Part shown: positions 47,644 through 57,192 of the stretch, piece after piece
Numbering within the stretch: the first letter of the stretch is position 1
Layout of the letters: every line of letters starts with the position of its first letter
Assembly (NCBI GenBank): GCA_965222375.1
Contig: CBDCTZ010000011.1
Location: forward strand, 448,001-512,000
Length of the DNA stretch: 64,000 bases
Origin: Polyangiaceae bacterium
GTDB lineage: Bacteria > Myxococcota_A > Polyangia > Polyangiales > Polyangiaceae
Direction of reading: 5' to 3'
Notes under the pieces: generated by a model
What the model was told of the DNA's origin: nothing
Databases searched by the model: none
Seen by the model: only the letters and a program-made list of their open reading frames with translations
Made by a program: the position numbers and the translations under genes

Positions 47644-48948
47644 ATGTTCGAGGGCGGCGTTGGGCGCATCATGGCGAAGGGTGCCGCCTGGGTCACCCTG
47701 GGTGAGGTACTAGCCGGTGCGGTGGCCTTGTGCACCAGCATCCTGGCGGCGCGCATTCTCCACCCGACGGACTTCGGTTTGATGGGAACCGTGATGCTGA
47801 CCATTGCCGTGCTGGACTCCTTGACGACCACGGGCTTCAGACAGGCGCTTGTACAGCGTGACGCCGAGGTCGAGTCCTTGCTGAACGTGGCTTGGACCTG
47901 GCACGTCCTGCGCGGTTTCTTGATCGCCGCGGTGCTGTTGCTGATGGCGCCAGTGATCGCCAATTGGTACGAAGAACCAAGACTGCAAGCCTTGATCATG
48001 GTCGCGACGCTGTACGCGATCTTCCAGGGGTTTCAGAACACGGGGACTGTGTCCTTCGAGCGCAGGTTGGACTTTCGCACTCAGTTCTTGATCAAAATGG
48101 CGCCGGCCGTGTTCAGCGTGGTCGTGTTCCTGCCAGCGCTGATTCTGCTGAAAAACGTATGGGCGCTGGTGATCGGTACCGTCGGCGGCGCCGCGGCCCA
48201 GCTCGGGGTCTCCTATTGGTCCCAACCGTTCCGCCCGCGCTTCGAGTGGAACGGCGAGAAACTGCGGCAGCTCTTTGGCTTTGGGCGCTGGATCACCGGC
48301 GCCACGGTGATGATCTTCATCATCACGCAGGGAGATGACATTTTCGTGAGCAAGTACCTGGGGCTCACGGCCTTGGGCTTCTACCAACTCGCCTACAGCA
48401 TCTCCAACCTGCCTGCCACGCACATCACGCATGTGGTCTCCCGAGTGAGCTTTCCCACCTACTCGCGGCTCCAGCATCGGCGCGAAGAACTGCGCGCGGC
48501 TTTCCTGCGCGTGATGCGCGTCACTCTCACAATTGCAGCTCCCCTGACGGTGTTCGTCTGGAGCTTCATTCCCGAGTTTTGCGATTGGGTCATCGGCTCC
48601 AAGTGGCTGCCCATCGTACCCCTCGTGCGCATCTTGGTCGCCGCCGGTTTTCTGCGGGCCTTTGCCGCGCTCGCCGGCCCCGTCTTTCAAGGATCCGGGC
48701 ACCCGGACCTGGACTTCAAGATGAACTCTCCGCGCCTCATCTGCACAGTCGCCCTGATCTGGCCCGCCTGCGCTATGTGGGGACTGGAAGGTGCATGCTG
48801 GGTGGTGTTGTTGGCAATCTGCTCTACGCTGCCAATCTGGTTCTACGGCATGCGCAAGATCCTCGGAGTCGGAATACTGGATGTGGCGTGTGCGGGGCGC
48901 CTGGGGCTTCTTGCCAGCGTGCCCATCGCACTCCTCGGGTGGTGGTAG
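47644..48948 (+). CDS. Polysaccharide flippase (Wzx/WzxC-like)
   Basis: ILAARILHPTDFGL, GFRQALVQR, LGFYQLAY, VSFPTYSRLQ and IGSKW motifs, with many TM helices. Confidence 0.9.
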   Translation: MFEGGVGRIMAKGAAWVTLGEVLAGAVALCTSILAARILHPTDFGLMGTVMLTIAVLDSLTTTGFRQALVQRDAEVESLLNVAWTWHVLRGFLIAAVLLLMAPVIANWYEEPRLQALIMVATLYAIFQGFQNTGTVSFERRLDFRTQFLIKMAPAVFSVVVFLPALILLKNVWALVIGTVGGAAAQLGVSYWSQPFRPRFEWNGEKLRQLFGFGRWITGATVMIFIITQGDDIFVSKYLGLTALGFYQLAYSISNLPATHITHVVSRVSFPTYSRLQHRREELRAAFLRVMRVTLTIAAPLTVFVWSFIPEFCDWVIGSKWLPIVPLVRILVAAGFLRAFAALAGPVFQGSGHPDLDFKMNSPRLICTVALIWPACAMWGLEGACWVVLLAICSTLPIWFYGMRKILGVGILDVACAGRLGLLASVPIALLGWW

Positions 48949-48952
48949 TCAC

Positions 48953-49861
48953 ATGCCGCACCCCGTCGTCAGTGTCATCGTACCTGCCTTTCGGCAGGCG
49001 TCGCTGATTGCCGCCACCTTGGACTCCGTCGCGGCACAAACTCTGCGGGAGGAAGTGGAAGTTATCGTGGTCGAGGACGGCTGTCCCGAAGGCAGTGGCG
49101 ACGTAGCTGCAGCACACCCACTCGTCCCTCGCGTGATCCGTCAGTCGAATCAGGGTGTCACGGCTGCGCGCAATGCTGGCATCTCGGTGGCCCGTGGCGA
49201 GTACATTGCGTTCCTCGACGCCGACGACCAATGGCTACCGGAGAAGCTGGAGATCCAAGTAGCCCGGCTGCGTCGCACGAGGGAAGCGGCACTCAGTTTC
49301 AGCGCGTATTTGATGGTGGATGACCAGGGCATCGAGGTGCCAGGCGGCGCACAACCCGGCGAATTCGGCGACCCCGGGCCGCGGACGCTATTCCGCGGAA
49401 ACTACATTGGGTGTCTCACCGCCCTCGTCCACAGAACCTGTCTCAAAGAGGTCGGGGGTTTTCCGGTATCTGCGGCACTGCAGCGTGGAGGCCAAGACTA
49501 CGCGCTTTGGCTTCGACTTTCGCTGCGCTTTCCGCTCTTCTACGAGCCTCGAGTTCTTGCGAAGTACGTGCAACACGGAGGCAACCGCGTCGGACTCGAC
49601 ACCGTGAGGAATTTCGAAGGTGCCCTCAACGCGATCGGCGCGGTGTGGGAGCGAGATGCCGCCCTCTGTGAGCGCGTACTAGGTCGTCGCTTTTCGACTC
49701 TCGTTCTCCGACAGGCGCGCCTCGCGTGCCGCCGCCTTGTCGCCGAGGGCAACTTCGAGCGCGCAGCGTGGGCGAGAGTCGCGGAGTTGGTGCGCGAAAG
49801 CCTGCGGCAGGGTCCCCAAGCTCATGTCGCGATCTGGCCCCAGCCTTTGGAGCCTGTCTAG
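48953..49861 (+). CDS. GT2 glycosyltransferase
   Basis: VSVIVPA, SVAAQT, NQGVTAARNAG, IAFLDADD and QDYALWLR motifs. Confidence 0.92.
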   Translation: MPHPVVSVIVPAFRQASLIAATLDSVAAQTLREEVEVIVVEDGCPEGSGDVAAAHPLVPRVIRQSNQGVTAARNAGISVARGEYIAFLDADDQWLPEKLEIQVARLRRTREAALSFSAYLMVDDQGIEVPGGAQPGEFGDPGPRTLFRGNYIGCLTALVHRTCLKEVGGFPVSAALQRGGQDYALWLRLSLRFPLFYEPRVLAKYVQHGGNRVGLDTVRNFEGALNAIGAVWERDAALCERVLGRRFSTLVLRQARLACRRLVAEGNFERAAWARVAELVRESLRQGPQAHVAIWPQPLEPV

Positions 49862-49989
49862 CGCGCGCTTCGCACACTTGCTCGTCGGTCGATCGGGTTG
49901 GCGGGCCGCCCCGGACGTCATCGGCCCCGCGCTGGGTTCGGCTTGCGGCGACAGCCGCGCTGCGCCGCATCTTGCTGACACCGCCATTG

Positions 49990-50128
49990 TTCCGAATTAA
50001 CCCTCATCTCCATATTTTGCTCCTAGACGGCGTGTACGCTCCCACCGAAGCAGGCAACCTGGAGTTCACACCGCTGCCTGAGTTCGCTGACGCGGACGTT
50101 GCCGACGTGCTGCAAGTGATCGAGGTGC
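49990..50128 (+). mobile_element. IS91-family (HUH/Y2) transposase fragment, HUH part
   Basis: RINPHLHILLLDGVY matches the IS91/ISCR HUH block. Confidence 0.75.
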
Positions 50129-50379
50129 ATATAAGTGGTCCGTTCTCGATTTTTGTTGTTGGGGCTGTTCGTATTTGTGTCTCCCAACTACGGCGGCACA
50201 CCAACCGACGCGAGGGTTGCCCGGTCGATGCCGCCTGGCGCGCTGGAGCCGCCAACTCACCGCTGGGCGCCGGGGTCGGCGAGTAGCGCGTCGAGCTTTG
50301 CGTCCAGATCGCGCGAAGACCACAGGAGCGTGCAAACCCGTCGGCCCCATCCAGAACTGCTGTGCTTGGATGGGGTGTA

Positions 50380-50555
50380 GCGATAGATGCATGGGCCTGA
50401 TTCGGTCACTCATCGGACACCTCGCTTTCCGTCCTGCGCACTTCGACTGCCTCCAGCAGCAGCTCGGCAAGGTACTTGACGAGTCGAGCCTCTTGTTCCT
50501 GGTCCAGACCCAGTTGTGTCTGAACTTCTGGCCGCACTCGAGCCAGGAAGCTCAT
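50380..50555 (-). mobile_element. Remnant of a serine-recombinase element: a 49-aa ORF plus the first codons of the recombinase
   Basis: ORF 50555-50406 (...YLAELLLEAV...EVSDE*) overlaps MSDRIRPMHL at 50413. This resembles the MSDKIRPHHL N-terminus of large serine recombinases, and the similarity stops there. Confidence 0.45.
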
Positions 50556-50849
50556 TTGTGCGCTTCGCCGGTTCCGTTGCTTGCCACCTCAACCAGCAAC
50601 ACCTGTGTGGGAGCCCTATGCTAATCTTGGACCCATGCGGCTGGTGCCAAGTTCATACCGCGGGTTCACGTCCTGCCTTGTCGGGCTGCACTGCACCCTG
50701 CTTGCGCCGGATTCCGACGGCATCGTTCGTCAGGGGAAGAACGGAGGCGCGGGCACCGGGGGAGTCTCGTCGGACGCTGCGGGGGGACGCGGCTGCTGCC
50801 GCCGGTGGGTTCGACAGTAGCCCGGGTGGCGGAGCTGGGCTCGGCGACG

Positions 50850-51330
50850 GGACAGGGTTCGGCGACTTCAGTAAAGGATTGCGCGCGTTCATCCTCGCGC
50901 GGATGAACGGCGTGGCGCACTACCACCTGCTGGACTTGAATGCTAAAGGGACTTCCAGGACGTTTCGATTCGGAATGAACGGGCCTGGAGAATTGCAGTA
51001 CCGTGCGGGGGACATCACGCTTATCTCTGGCCCTTCGGCCTTCGCTACGAGTGTCCCGTTCCTGTTCTCCATCGTCCACGAGCCGACCGGGGACGCGGAA
51101 ATGAGAGTGAACGGCAGTTTCGAGAAGAGCACGAAGATGCCGCTACCCAGTAATGGAGTCCACGGTGAAAACTACATCGGCTTCCATGACATGTCAGATA
51201 GTGCGCCCAGTGCGAGCGGCTGGTACGGCGCGATCATCATGTACAATCGGGCAATCGGGCTGTTACGACCCAAGAACGAGCGCAAATCGAGTCCTATCTG
51301 GCAAAGAAGTGGGAATGCTGTGGAAACTAG
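50850..51330 (+). pseudogene. LamG/concanavalin-like domain fragment with a frameshift
   Basis: GFGDFSKGL...MRVNG...NYIG...GAIIMYNRAI, then in a shifted frame QERAQIESYLAKKWECCGN*. Confidence 0.6.
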
Positions 51331-51719
51331 GCTTGGGTCTCCGCAATACCGCCCAGGCGAGTAGTGGCTTGCCTGGACCGGTTTTTGTTCCTCGTATGCT
51401 CGCGTTGGCTCAACGACCACACGCCTCGACGCGCCGCTAGACCCGCATGACTACGAACTCCCTCACGATCTTCGTCGCCGCTCTTTTCGTCGGATGCTCC
51501 GGAAGCTCTGATGGTGACCCGGGAGGTAGCTCGGGTGCAGCACCCGTAGTGTGAGGAGCCGGTTGCGGTAGTCCCGCACGTCCGGATCTGTGGGAGGCCT
51601 GGAAGGGAAACCGACCAGGCCCACCCGAGCGGCATTGGGGCGGCGTTGGTGCACTTCTCTCGTGCGAGGGCGAGCGCTGCCAGTCGCGAAAGTGCAGCGA
51701 GATCCACGCGGCGAGACCA

Positions 51720-52868
51720 TCACGAGCAAACCCGCGCGAGCCAATTCTCCAACCGATCCACTATCGCCGGATACGCGAACCGGTCCTCAGCGCGCTTACG
51801 CCCAGCGATCGACATCTCTTGCCAGCGATCCGGCGCGTCCAGGAGCTCTGCAATCGCGTTCCCCAGCGCGTGCGGCTCGCGCGCAGTGAGCACGCCGACG
51901 TCCGGTGTCACGATGGAGGCGACGCCACCTCCGTCAAAGGCCACCGGCGGTGTACCGCCCGCGAGAGCTTCGGCGTAGATGATCCCAAAGTGTTCCTTCT
52001 TCTCGGGCGCCGCCACCAGCAGGCGCGCCCGGTTGATGAGCCGCGCTTTGTCCTCTGATGATACGAAGCCCAGGAAGCGCGCGCGGTCGCCCGCCAGTTG
52101 CTCCAGTTCCTCACGCTGATCGCCGTCACCGATGAAAACGGTCAGCGCCGCGCCCGAGTAGCCCTGAGATGCGGCCACTACGTTTTGAGGACCCTTTGAC
52201 TGGGTGAGCGCACCCGGGCAGATCACATAGGTCTCGGGCAGATCGTACTTCGCCGCAATGTCTGCGGTGTTTTCTGGATGAAACTCCGCAATGTCCACCC
52301 CGCAAGGCATCACCAAGAAGCGCTCCCGCGGCTGGTCGACGATCGGGCGCACCAGCTCGTCGCGTACGTATTCGGTGGTCACCAAGATCCCCGCTGCGGC
52401 TTCGATGGCTTCTTGGATGAGTTTCCACACAGCGTCGTCGAACCCTCCGTGGTGGCGCGGCTCGATCCCGGTGCCGTGCACAAACAACACGAAGGGCTTG
52501 CCGTGGCGGCGCGCCACATCGTGGGCGGCGATGGCCGTCAGGTTCGCGTGATGGGCATAGATGACGTCAACGTCGTCGATCACGCTCTCGAGCGCCTGCA
52601 CATACGCAGGCACGTAGGCCAGGGCCTCCTCCGCGCCCATCTTCGAGACCGCACGCTGGCTGCCGCTCGCCGACGGCAAGTACTCGTGCACCGGTACCAC
52701 TTGCGTGCGCAGCTCCACGTCGACGCAGGTCGCCTGCGGCACGCTGTCGCTCGCGCCCGGATGAATGAAGTAGATCTTGTGCCCACGCTGGGCGAGATGG
52801 CGCGCGTGTTGGCGCGCGACTTCACCGCTTCCACGTCCTCGGTTGAGCAGCAAGATGGCAACACGCAT
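51720..52868 (-). CDS. GT4 glycosyltransferase
   Basis: GRGSG, HAHH-like YAHH, HGT, CGVD..F, KG, IGDG and EHFGIIYAEALAGGTP (EX7E) motifs. Confidence 0.92.
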   Translation of the reverse strand: MRVAILLLNRGRGSGEVARQHARHLAQRGHKIYFIHPGASDSVPQATCVDVELRTQVVPVHEYLPSASGSQRAVSKMGAEEALAYVPAYVQALESVIDDVDVIYAHHANLTAIAAHDVARRHGKPFVLFVHGTGIEPRHHGGFDDAVWKLIQEAIEAAAGILVTTEYVRDELVRPIVDQPRERFLVMPCGVDIAEFHPENTADIAAKYDLPETYVICPGALTQSKGPQNVVAASQGYSGAALTVFIGDGDQREELEQLAGDRARFLGFVSSEDKARLINRARLLVAAPEKKEHFGIIYAEALAGGTPPVAFDGGGVASIVTPDVGVLTAREPHALGNAIAELLDAPDRWQEMSIAGRKRAEDRFAYPAIVDRLENWLARVCS

Positions 52869-52989
52869 GCCGTGATTCTACCTCACGTCGTGGGCGCTTG
52901 CCCTCGAGTGTTCACTTGGTCAGAATCGCGGTTACGGATTTGCGACTTGCCGGGTGGGCAAAGGCCACCGGTACGCGTGGTCGCTACGG

Positions 52990-53300
52990 CGCTGCTGGCA
53001 CGCCGGACTACATGACTCCAGAGCAAGTCAAAGGAACCCGTCCCCCACCGGAATTGGCGTCGCGGACGGATGTGTGCGAGTGCTCGCCTTTGAGCTACTA
53101 ACTTCTGAAATGCCGTTTCGCGGCAAGTCCGTCACGGACGTGCTCGTGCAACATGCCGAAGATCCGCCGTCCGAACCAAGTGAACGGAGGGAGGACTTGC
53201 CCGACGCATTTGACGCCGCCATCTTGCAGGCACTCTCGAAGGACCCCGCTGAGCGTCCAGTCTCGGCACTTGCCTTTCCGGAGAATCTAGAGGCCGCGCG
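52990..53300 (+). pseudogene. Ser/Thr kinase C-lobe remnant
   Basis: GTPDYMTPEQ...RTDV, a frameshift, then VLAFELLTSEMPF...ILQALSKDPAERP. Confidence 0.8.
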
Positions 53301-53538
53301 CCAGCCACCCAAGGCCGACTGCAATGCCTGACTGGTCCCAAATGCCCCGGTCCTGCTCTTCCAACAGGAGCAGACCGCCGCCGCCGTCCTGGCGAGATGT
53401 CATGCGGGCCATGTGCAGGTGCACCAGCTCCGCGCCCGCCCCAGGCGCTTGTAAACATCCCATTTGGTGCGACAGGCTGGCCACGAGCCGGCCGTATTCG
53501 TACCGAAAGAAGCGCTCGACCAGGGTGGGCGTGGTCAG
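53287..53538 (-). pseudogene. Internally deleted ECF sigma factor of the YciI-associated type
   Basis: LVERFFRYEYGRLVASL is joined in frame to HLHMARMTSRQDGGGGLLLLEEQDRGIWDQ..IAVGLGWL. Sigma regions 2 and 4 are missing and the start codon is CTG. Confidence 0.75.
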
Positions 53539-53879
53539 GGGGTGTGGATCTCCCGGACTTCAACGCTGGAGCCGGGCATCGCCACGCCAGGGCTCTCCCG
53601 TACGACCTCCATCGCTTTTTCCATGTTTTCGGCCTCGATGATCATGAACCCGCCGACCGCTTCTTTGGCTTCGACTAAAGGCCCGTCCGTGGCTCCCTCG
53701 GAGGTGACGATCTTGCCGCCACCCGTCAGTTTTCCGCCCATGTCGACGATGTTGCTCGCAAACTTGTCCTTCCAAGCGTTGAACTTGGCGTACATCGCCT
53801 CCAATTGGGCCGGCGAGGGCTTCTCACCACCGCGATTCCCGGGCTGGCTTCGCTGAATGCATAGGTACTTCTGGCTCAC
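53535..53879 (-). CDS. YciI-family protein
   Basis: GAGGAG RBS and GTG start; TDGPLVEAKEAVGGFMIIEA and SVEVREI motifs. Confidence 0.9.
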   Translation of the reverse strand: MSQKYLCIQRSQPGNRGGEKPSPAQLEAMYAKFNAWKDKFASNIVDMGGKLTGGGKIVTSEGATDGPLVEAKEAVGGFMIIEAENMEKAMEVVRESPGVAMPGSSVEVREIHTP

Positions 53880-54324
53880 GATGCGTTCTCCTCGGGTTGG
53901 GTCGACAGCCTCGACTGATACCCTATGACGCGCGAGATGCGCGGTCTTGGACACCTCGCCGCACTTTTCCGAAACCGCCCGTTTCTGTGGGTTTTTTCCG
54001 CCTTCTGGGGCCGAGGAGCCTGGGCTGCCGCTGCGAAACCGAAGGGATGGTCGGCCGAGCGCCCATGGAAGTAAGAACTGCGGTGGGTCGCCACCAACTC
54101 GTGATGGCGTCCCGCCCGTTGCCACGTGGTGGTGCCCACCTACGACACCTTCGAAGTCGACGCTCGCTTCGGCGCGCTGCCGGTCTGCGACTCGTCCGAC
54201 CGGGTCCGCCAACGAGTCGCCAGCGTCGAATTTTCGACGAGACAAGGCGCACGCCTTCGACGATACTCCCGCGACTCACCCGGCGAGCAGGTGCTCGCCG
54301 GGGTTAGCGCAAGGAGAAATGTTC

Positions 54325-54882
54325 ATGGGTATGTTCGTTCATCACGAGTTGAACACCAGCGATCCGGCCGCAGCGAAGAAGTTCTACAGAGGGCTCTTCG
54401 GCTGGAAGTTCGAAGACATGAAAATGCCGGACGGCAACGTCTACAGCATGTTCAAGGCCTCTGCCGATGAAGGCGGCGGCATCCAGAAGTCACCAATGCC
54501 CGGCACGCCGAACGCTTGGCTGCAATACATCGGCGTTCCGTCCGTGAAGAAGGCGATGGCCAAGGTCAAGAAGCTGGGCGGCAAGGTTGTCGTGCCCTTC
54601 ATGCCCGTGCCTGGCCACGGCGCTCTCGGCATTTTCCTTGATCCGACTGGTGCCAGCTGCGCCGTGTGGGAGGCCTCCGCGCCCACGCCAAAGAAGGCAT
54701 CCAAGAAGAAGGCATCCAAGAAGAAGGCTTCCAAGAAGCGAGTCGCGAAGAAGGCCGGCGCCAAGAAGAAGGCGACCCGGAAGCCCGCGAAAAAGAAGAC
54801 GGCGAAGCGCCCCGCCAAGAAGGCCGCCAAGCGCCCCGCCAAGAAGGCTGCGAAGCGCCGCGCGAAGAAGCGCGCGCGCTAG
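54325..54882 (+). CDS. VOC/glyoxalase-family protein with a histone-H1-like Lys/Ala tail
   Basis: FVHHELNTSD.AAAKKFY..LFGW, W.QYIGV and DPTGA motifs, then KKAS/KRPAKKAA repeats. AAGGAG RBS. Confidence 0.9.
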   Translation: MGMFVHHELNTSDPAAAKKFYRGLFGWKFEDMKMPDGNVYSMFKASADEGGGIQKSPMPGTPNAWLQYIGVPSVKKAMAKVKKLGGKVVVPFMPVPGHGALGIFLDPTGASCAVWEASAPTPKKASKKKASKKKASKKRVAKKAGAKKKATRKPAKKKTAKRPAKKAAKRPAKKAAKRRAKKRAR

Positions 54883-55218
54883 GTCAGTCCGAATACGCAC
54901 CATCGGTCGGCGTTCACGCCAATTCCACCCCAGGGCAGCCGGCCTGCGCTGGCGGCGAGGGCGAGTCGATCGCTCAGTTCCCATCTGACGCCCCAACGGT
55001 TTCCCGTCGTCAGCATGTCGCCGGGATCCGTGTTCAGCTCGAGGGCCGGGCGCAAGGCCCAGGACGATGGCCCCTCGACCAGCGCGAGCAGGTGTGTATG
55101 GAACTTTCGGTCTCGGTCCCGCGAAGATCAAAGACGGCGACGCCGACCGCGCGGATGGGGTGCAGTGAACATCGTGGGCTTCGGTGTGTTCTACGAACCG
55201 TTGCACTTCGGGAAGTTT

Positions 55219-55789
55219 CGCTACTTCGGCGTGCTCTCGAGCCACAGCCGCCATCGGTCAGACGTTGTCCCGGCGCAGGCTGACCCAGAGCGCTTCGCCC
55301 CCGCGCCCGCCTCGGGCGACCAGCTCGAGCTGTTCGAAGCGCAAACCCAAAAACGCTCCCGCTGGGGCTGGCTCCTCCGCCACGTGTTTCGCGCCGACGT
55401 CGAGACTTGCAGTCACCGCGGCGGACCGATGCGACGCGCTTCGCGATACCCGAAGGAGTGATGGGTCGAGGCGGCCACGACCCTCGGCGCCATCGCCCGC
55501 TTGCTCGCCGAGCAGGATGGGCTCGGCCCGCGAGCACCACCGAGGGCATCGGCAGCTGAGACATTTGGGCAACTCCAGTTGCCGTTCGCGAGTGGCTGAG
55601 CGGGCTCCAGCGAGCAGCTCGGGCAGGCCTGCGCGCCGTCGCCCGCCGGAGCTCCGCTTCGCTCGCGCATCTCCGCCAAGCCGACTTGACATCGCAAGCT
55701 GGCCCGCCTTGAGCGATGCTGTCTCCAAGATACCAGCCTGCTGGCCTACTTTGGCGTTTTCGCAAATCCGCAGTTCGTTCTTCCTATGC
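55219..55789 (+). mobile_element. IS91-family transposase C-terminal fragment and probable oriIS end
   Basis: RYFGVL..HSR.RS.VVP and WGWLLRHVFRADVETCSH.GGPMR, an in-frame TGA at 55459, then AIARLL..GL.PRAPP ending 55599. GTTCGTTCTTCCTATGC at 55773-55789 resembles the ISCR oriIS end TTTGAACTTCCTATAC. Confidence 0.75.
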
Positions 55790-56054
55790 GTTCATCTATC
55801 TGGGCATCGAGATCATCCAAGCGCCCACCCGACCGGGCCCAATTTCACGCGCTCTATCCGACGGCGTAAATCCGGGCATCACTCACGCGCAAATATGGGC
55901 ACCTCCGCCATGCCGCCCACTTAGACGCCGTTTCGGATGCCCGCTGACACTGGGTGCAGGGTCGCGGCAACATGGCGGCAACGGGACGGGCGTCGTAGTG
56001 CCAAGTTGCGCCTCACGTTGCCCATCTTCCACACGTCGAGCCGGGCCGTGTTCC

Positions 56055-56447
56055 TCAGCAACCGCCGAAGCACGCGCAGTTGGCCGCCTTTTCCTCGTCG
56101 GCGCACAAGGCACCGCGAATGTGGTGTGGGGGCGAGGCCGAGCAATCGAAATTCCACCGCTGAGAAATACAAGCACCGAAGACATCGAATCTGGCACCGC
56201 ATGCTTCCGGTTCTTCCGATCCAAGGATGGGTGCCAGACAATCCTGAACGCAGGTGCTGGAGGTGTTCAAGCAACTGTTGTCCAGGCTGTCGCATATGTC
56301 GCTACAGCCTGGGAAGCCTGGCGATGGGTCCTGCGCGGTTTCACCGCTGCACCCGGCGAGAGCGACGCCTGCCAGCAAAGCGACCGCCCGGATGGTCCAG
56401 TGAATGCGCGCCGGGCTTGCGCTGGGTGCTCGGCCCAGCTCGGTCAC
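56055..56447 (-). CDS. 12-Cys lipoprotein, paralog B
   Basis: Lipobox LAGC, with 12 Cys in the same spacing as its neighbour. Start uncertain. Confidence 0.7.
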   Translation of the reverse strand: MTELGRAPSASPARIHWTIRAVALLAGVALAGCSGETAQDPSPGFPGCSDICDSLDNSCLNTSSTCVQDCLAPILGSEEPEACGARFDVFGACISQRWNFDCSASPPHHIRGALCADEEKAANCACFGGC

Positions 56448-56475
56448 GTTGAAGCGCTCGGCGCCGGCTACCACG

Positions 56476-56871
56476 TCAACACTCCCCAAAGCAGGCGCAA
56501 TTTGCCACACGGGCGTCTTCCTCACAGCCGGGTTCCCAAGCGTGGACTGACGGAGACTTCGAGCATGCGAGTGACCACCTACGAACAATGCACTGCGCAA
56601 ATGGATCCCAGGACACGCCACACGCTTCCGGTGTCTCGGATGCCAGAATGGGCGCCATACACTCTTGAATGCAGGTGGGAGACGGGTTGGCACACGAGCG
56701 TACAATGTCCGCGCACAATTGTGAGCAGCCCTGAAAGCCGGGCGGCTTGTCGTCGGTGGTTTGGCCACTGCAAGCAACCGCGCACGCCAGCGGGCAAGGC
56801 ACGCAGACGAGACACGGCGACAGCTTCGTCAGGAGGGACTCAAGCACGGGCGTGTCTCCGCCGGCCGCCAA
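56476..56871 (-). CDS. 12-Cys lipoprotein, paralog A
   Basis: AVAC lipobox, with PGF.GCS..C ... ANCACFG.C shared with paralog B. Start uncertain. Confidence 0.7.
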   Translation of the reverse strand: MAAGGDTPVLESLLTKLSPCLVCVPCPLACAVACSGQTTDDKPPGFQGCSQLCADIVRSCANPSPTCIQECMAPILASETPEACGVSWDPFAQCIVRRWSLACSKSPSVHAWEPGCEEDARVANCACFGEC

Positions 56872-56909
56872 CAGCTGAGCGAAGGGAAAAATCGCCGCCG
56901 GCTGGTGGT

Positions 56910-57188
56910 TCAGAACCGCTCGGGCGGTTCGTCGGCCTCCAACGCTGAAAGGTAGTCAAATGGCTGGTTGTGCTCATACTTGCCCTGATACGTTCTCAGA
57001 TTGAACTTTATCGATTCCAATGAATCCGCGTTCCAGTCGTTCAAGTAGCCGGGAACCACTTCGAGCGCGTCCGCAAGGTCGGCCAATTGCTCGTGCCTTG
57101 CGGCCATCGCCAAGAGTCGTGCTTCGACCCACCCCCGATGCAGCACATAGAGAACACGCCTTCGTAGTCGCTCGTCGAGTTTGGTCAT
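56910..57188 (-). CDS. Candidate cognate immunity protein
   Basis: 92-aa helical protein whose ATG lies 4 nt after the RHS stop, with its GGAGGA RBS in the last RHS codons. Confidence 0.7.
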   Translation of the reverse strand: MTKLDERLRRRVLYVLHRGWVEARLLAMAARHEQLADLADALEVVPGYLNDWNADSLESIKFNLRTYQGKYEHNQPFDYLSALEADEPPERF

Positions 57189-57192
57189 CCGA

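Noticed and set aside
47644..48948. Flippase as a C-terminally truncated pseudogene
   Set aside because: It looks somewhat short, but the next gene starts 4 nt later and no leftover coding sequence follows, so truncation is unsupported without an alignment.
18004..54880. GC-rich repeats (18.0, 25.4, 25.8, 43.8 and 54.7 kb) as CRISPR or non-coding arrays
   Set aside because: All are in-frame low-complexity coding linkers with no repeat-spacer structure, and no cas genes are present.
2628..56948. Long antisense or alternate-frame ORFs (e.g. 2628-3833, 39986-41395, 55716-56948) and 5' over-extensions (4342-5424, 27981-29438, 42040, 46445)
   Set aside because: They overlap well-supported genes, lack motifs, and are expected shadows in high-GC DNA.
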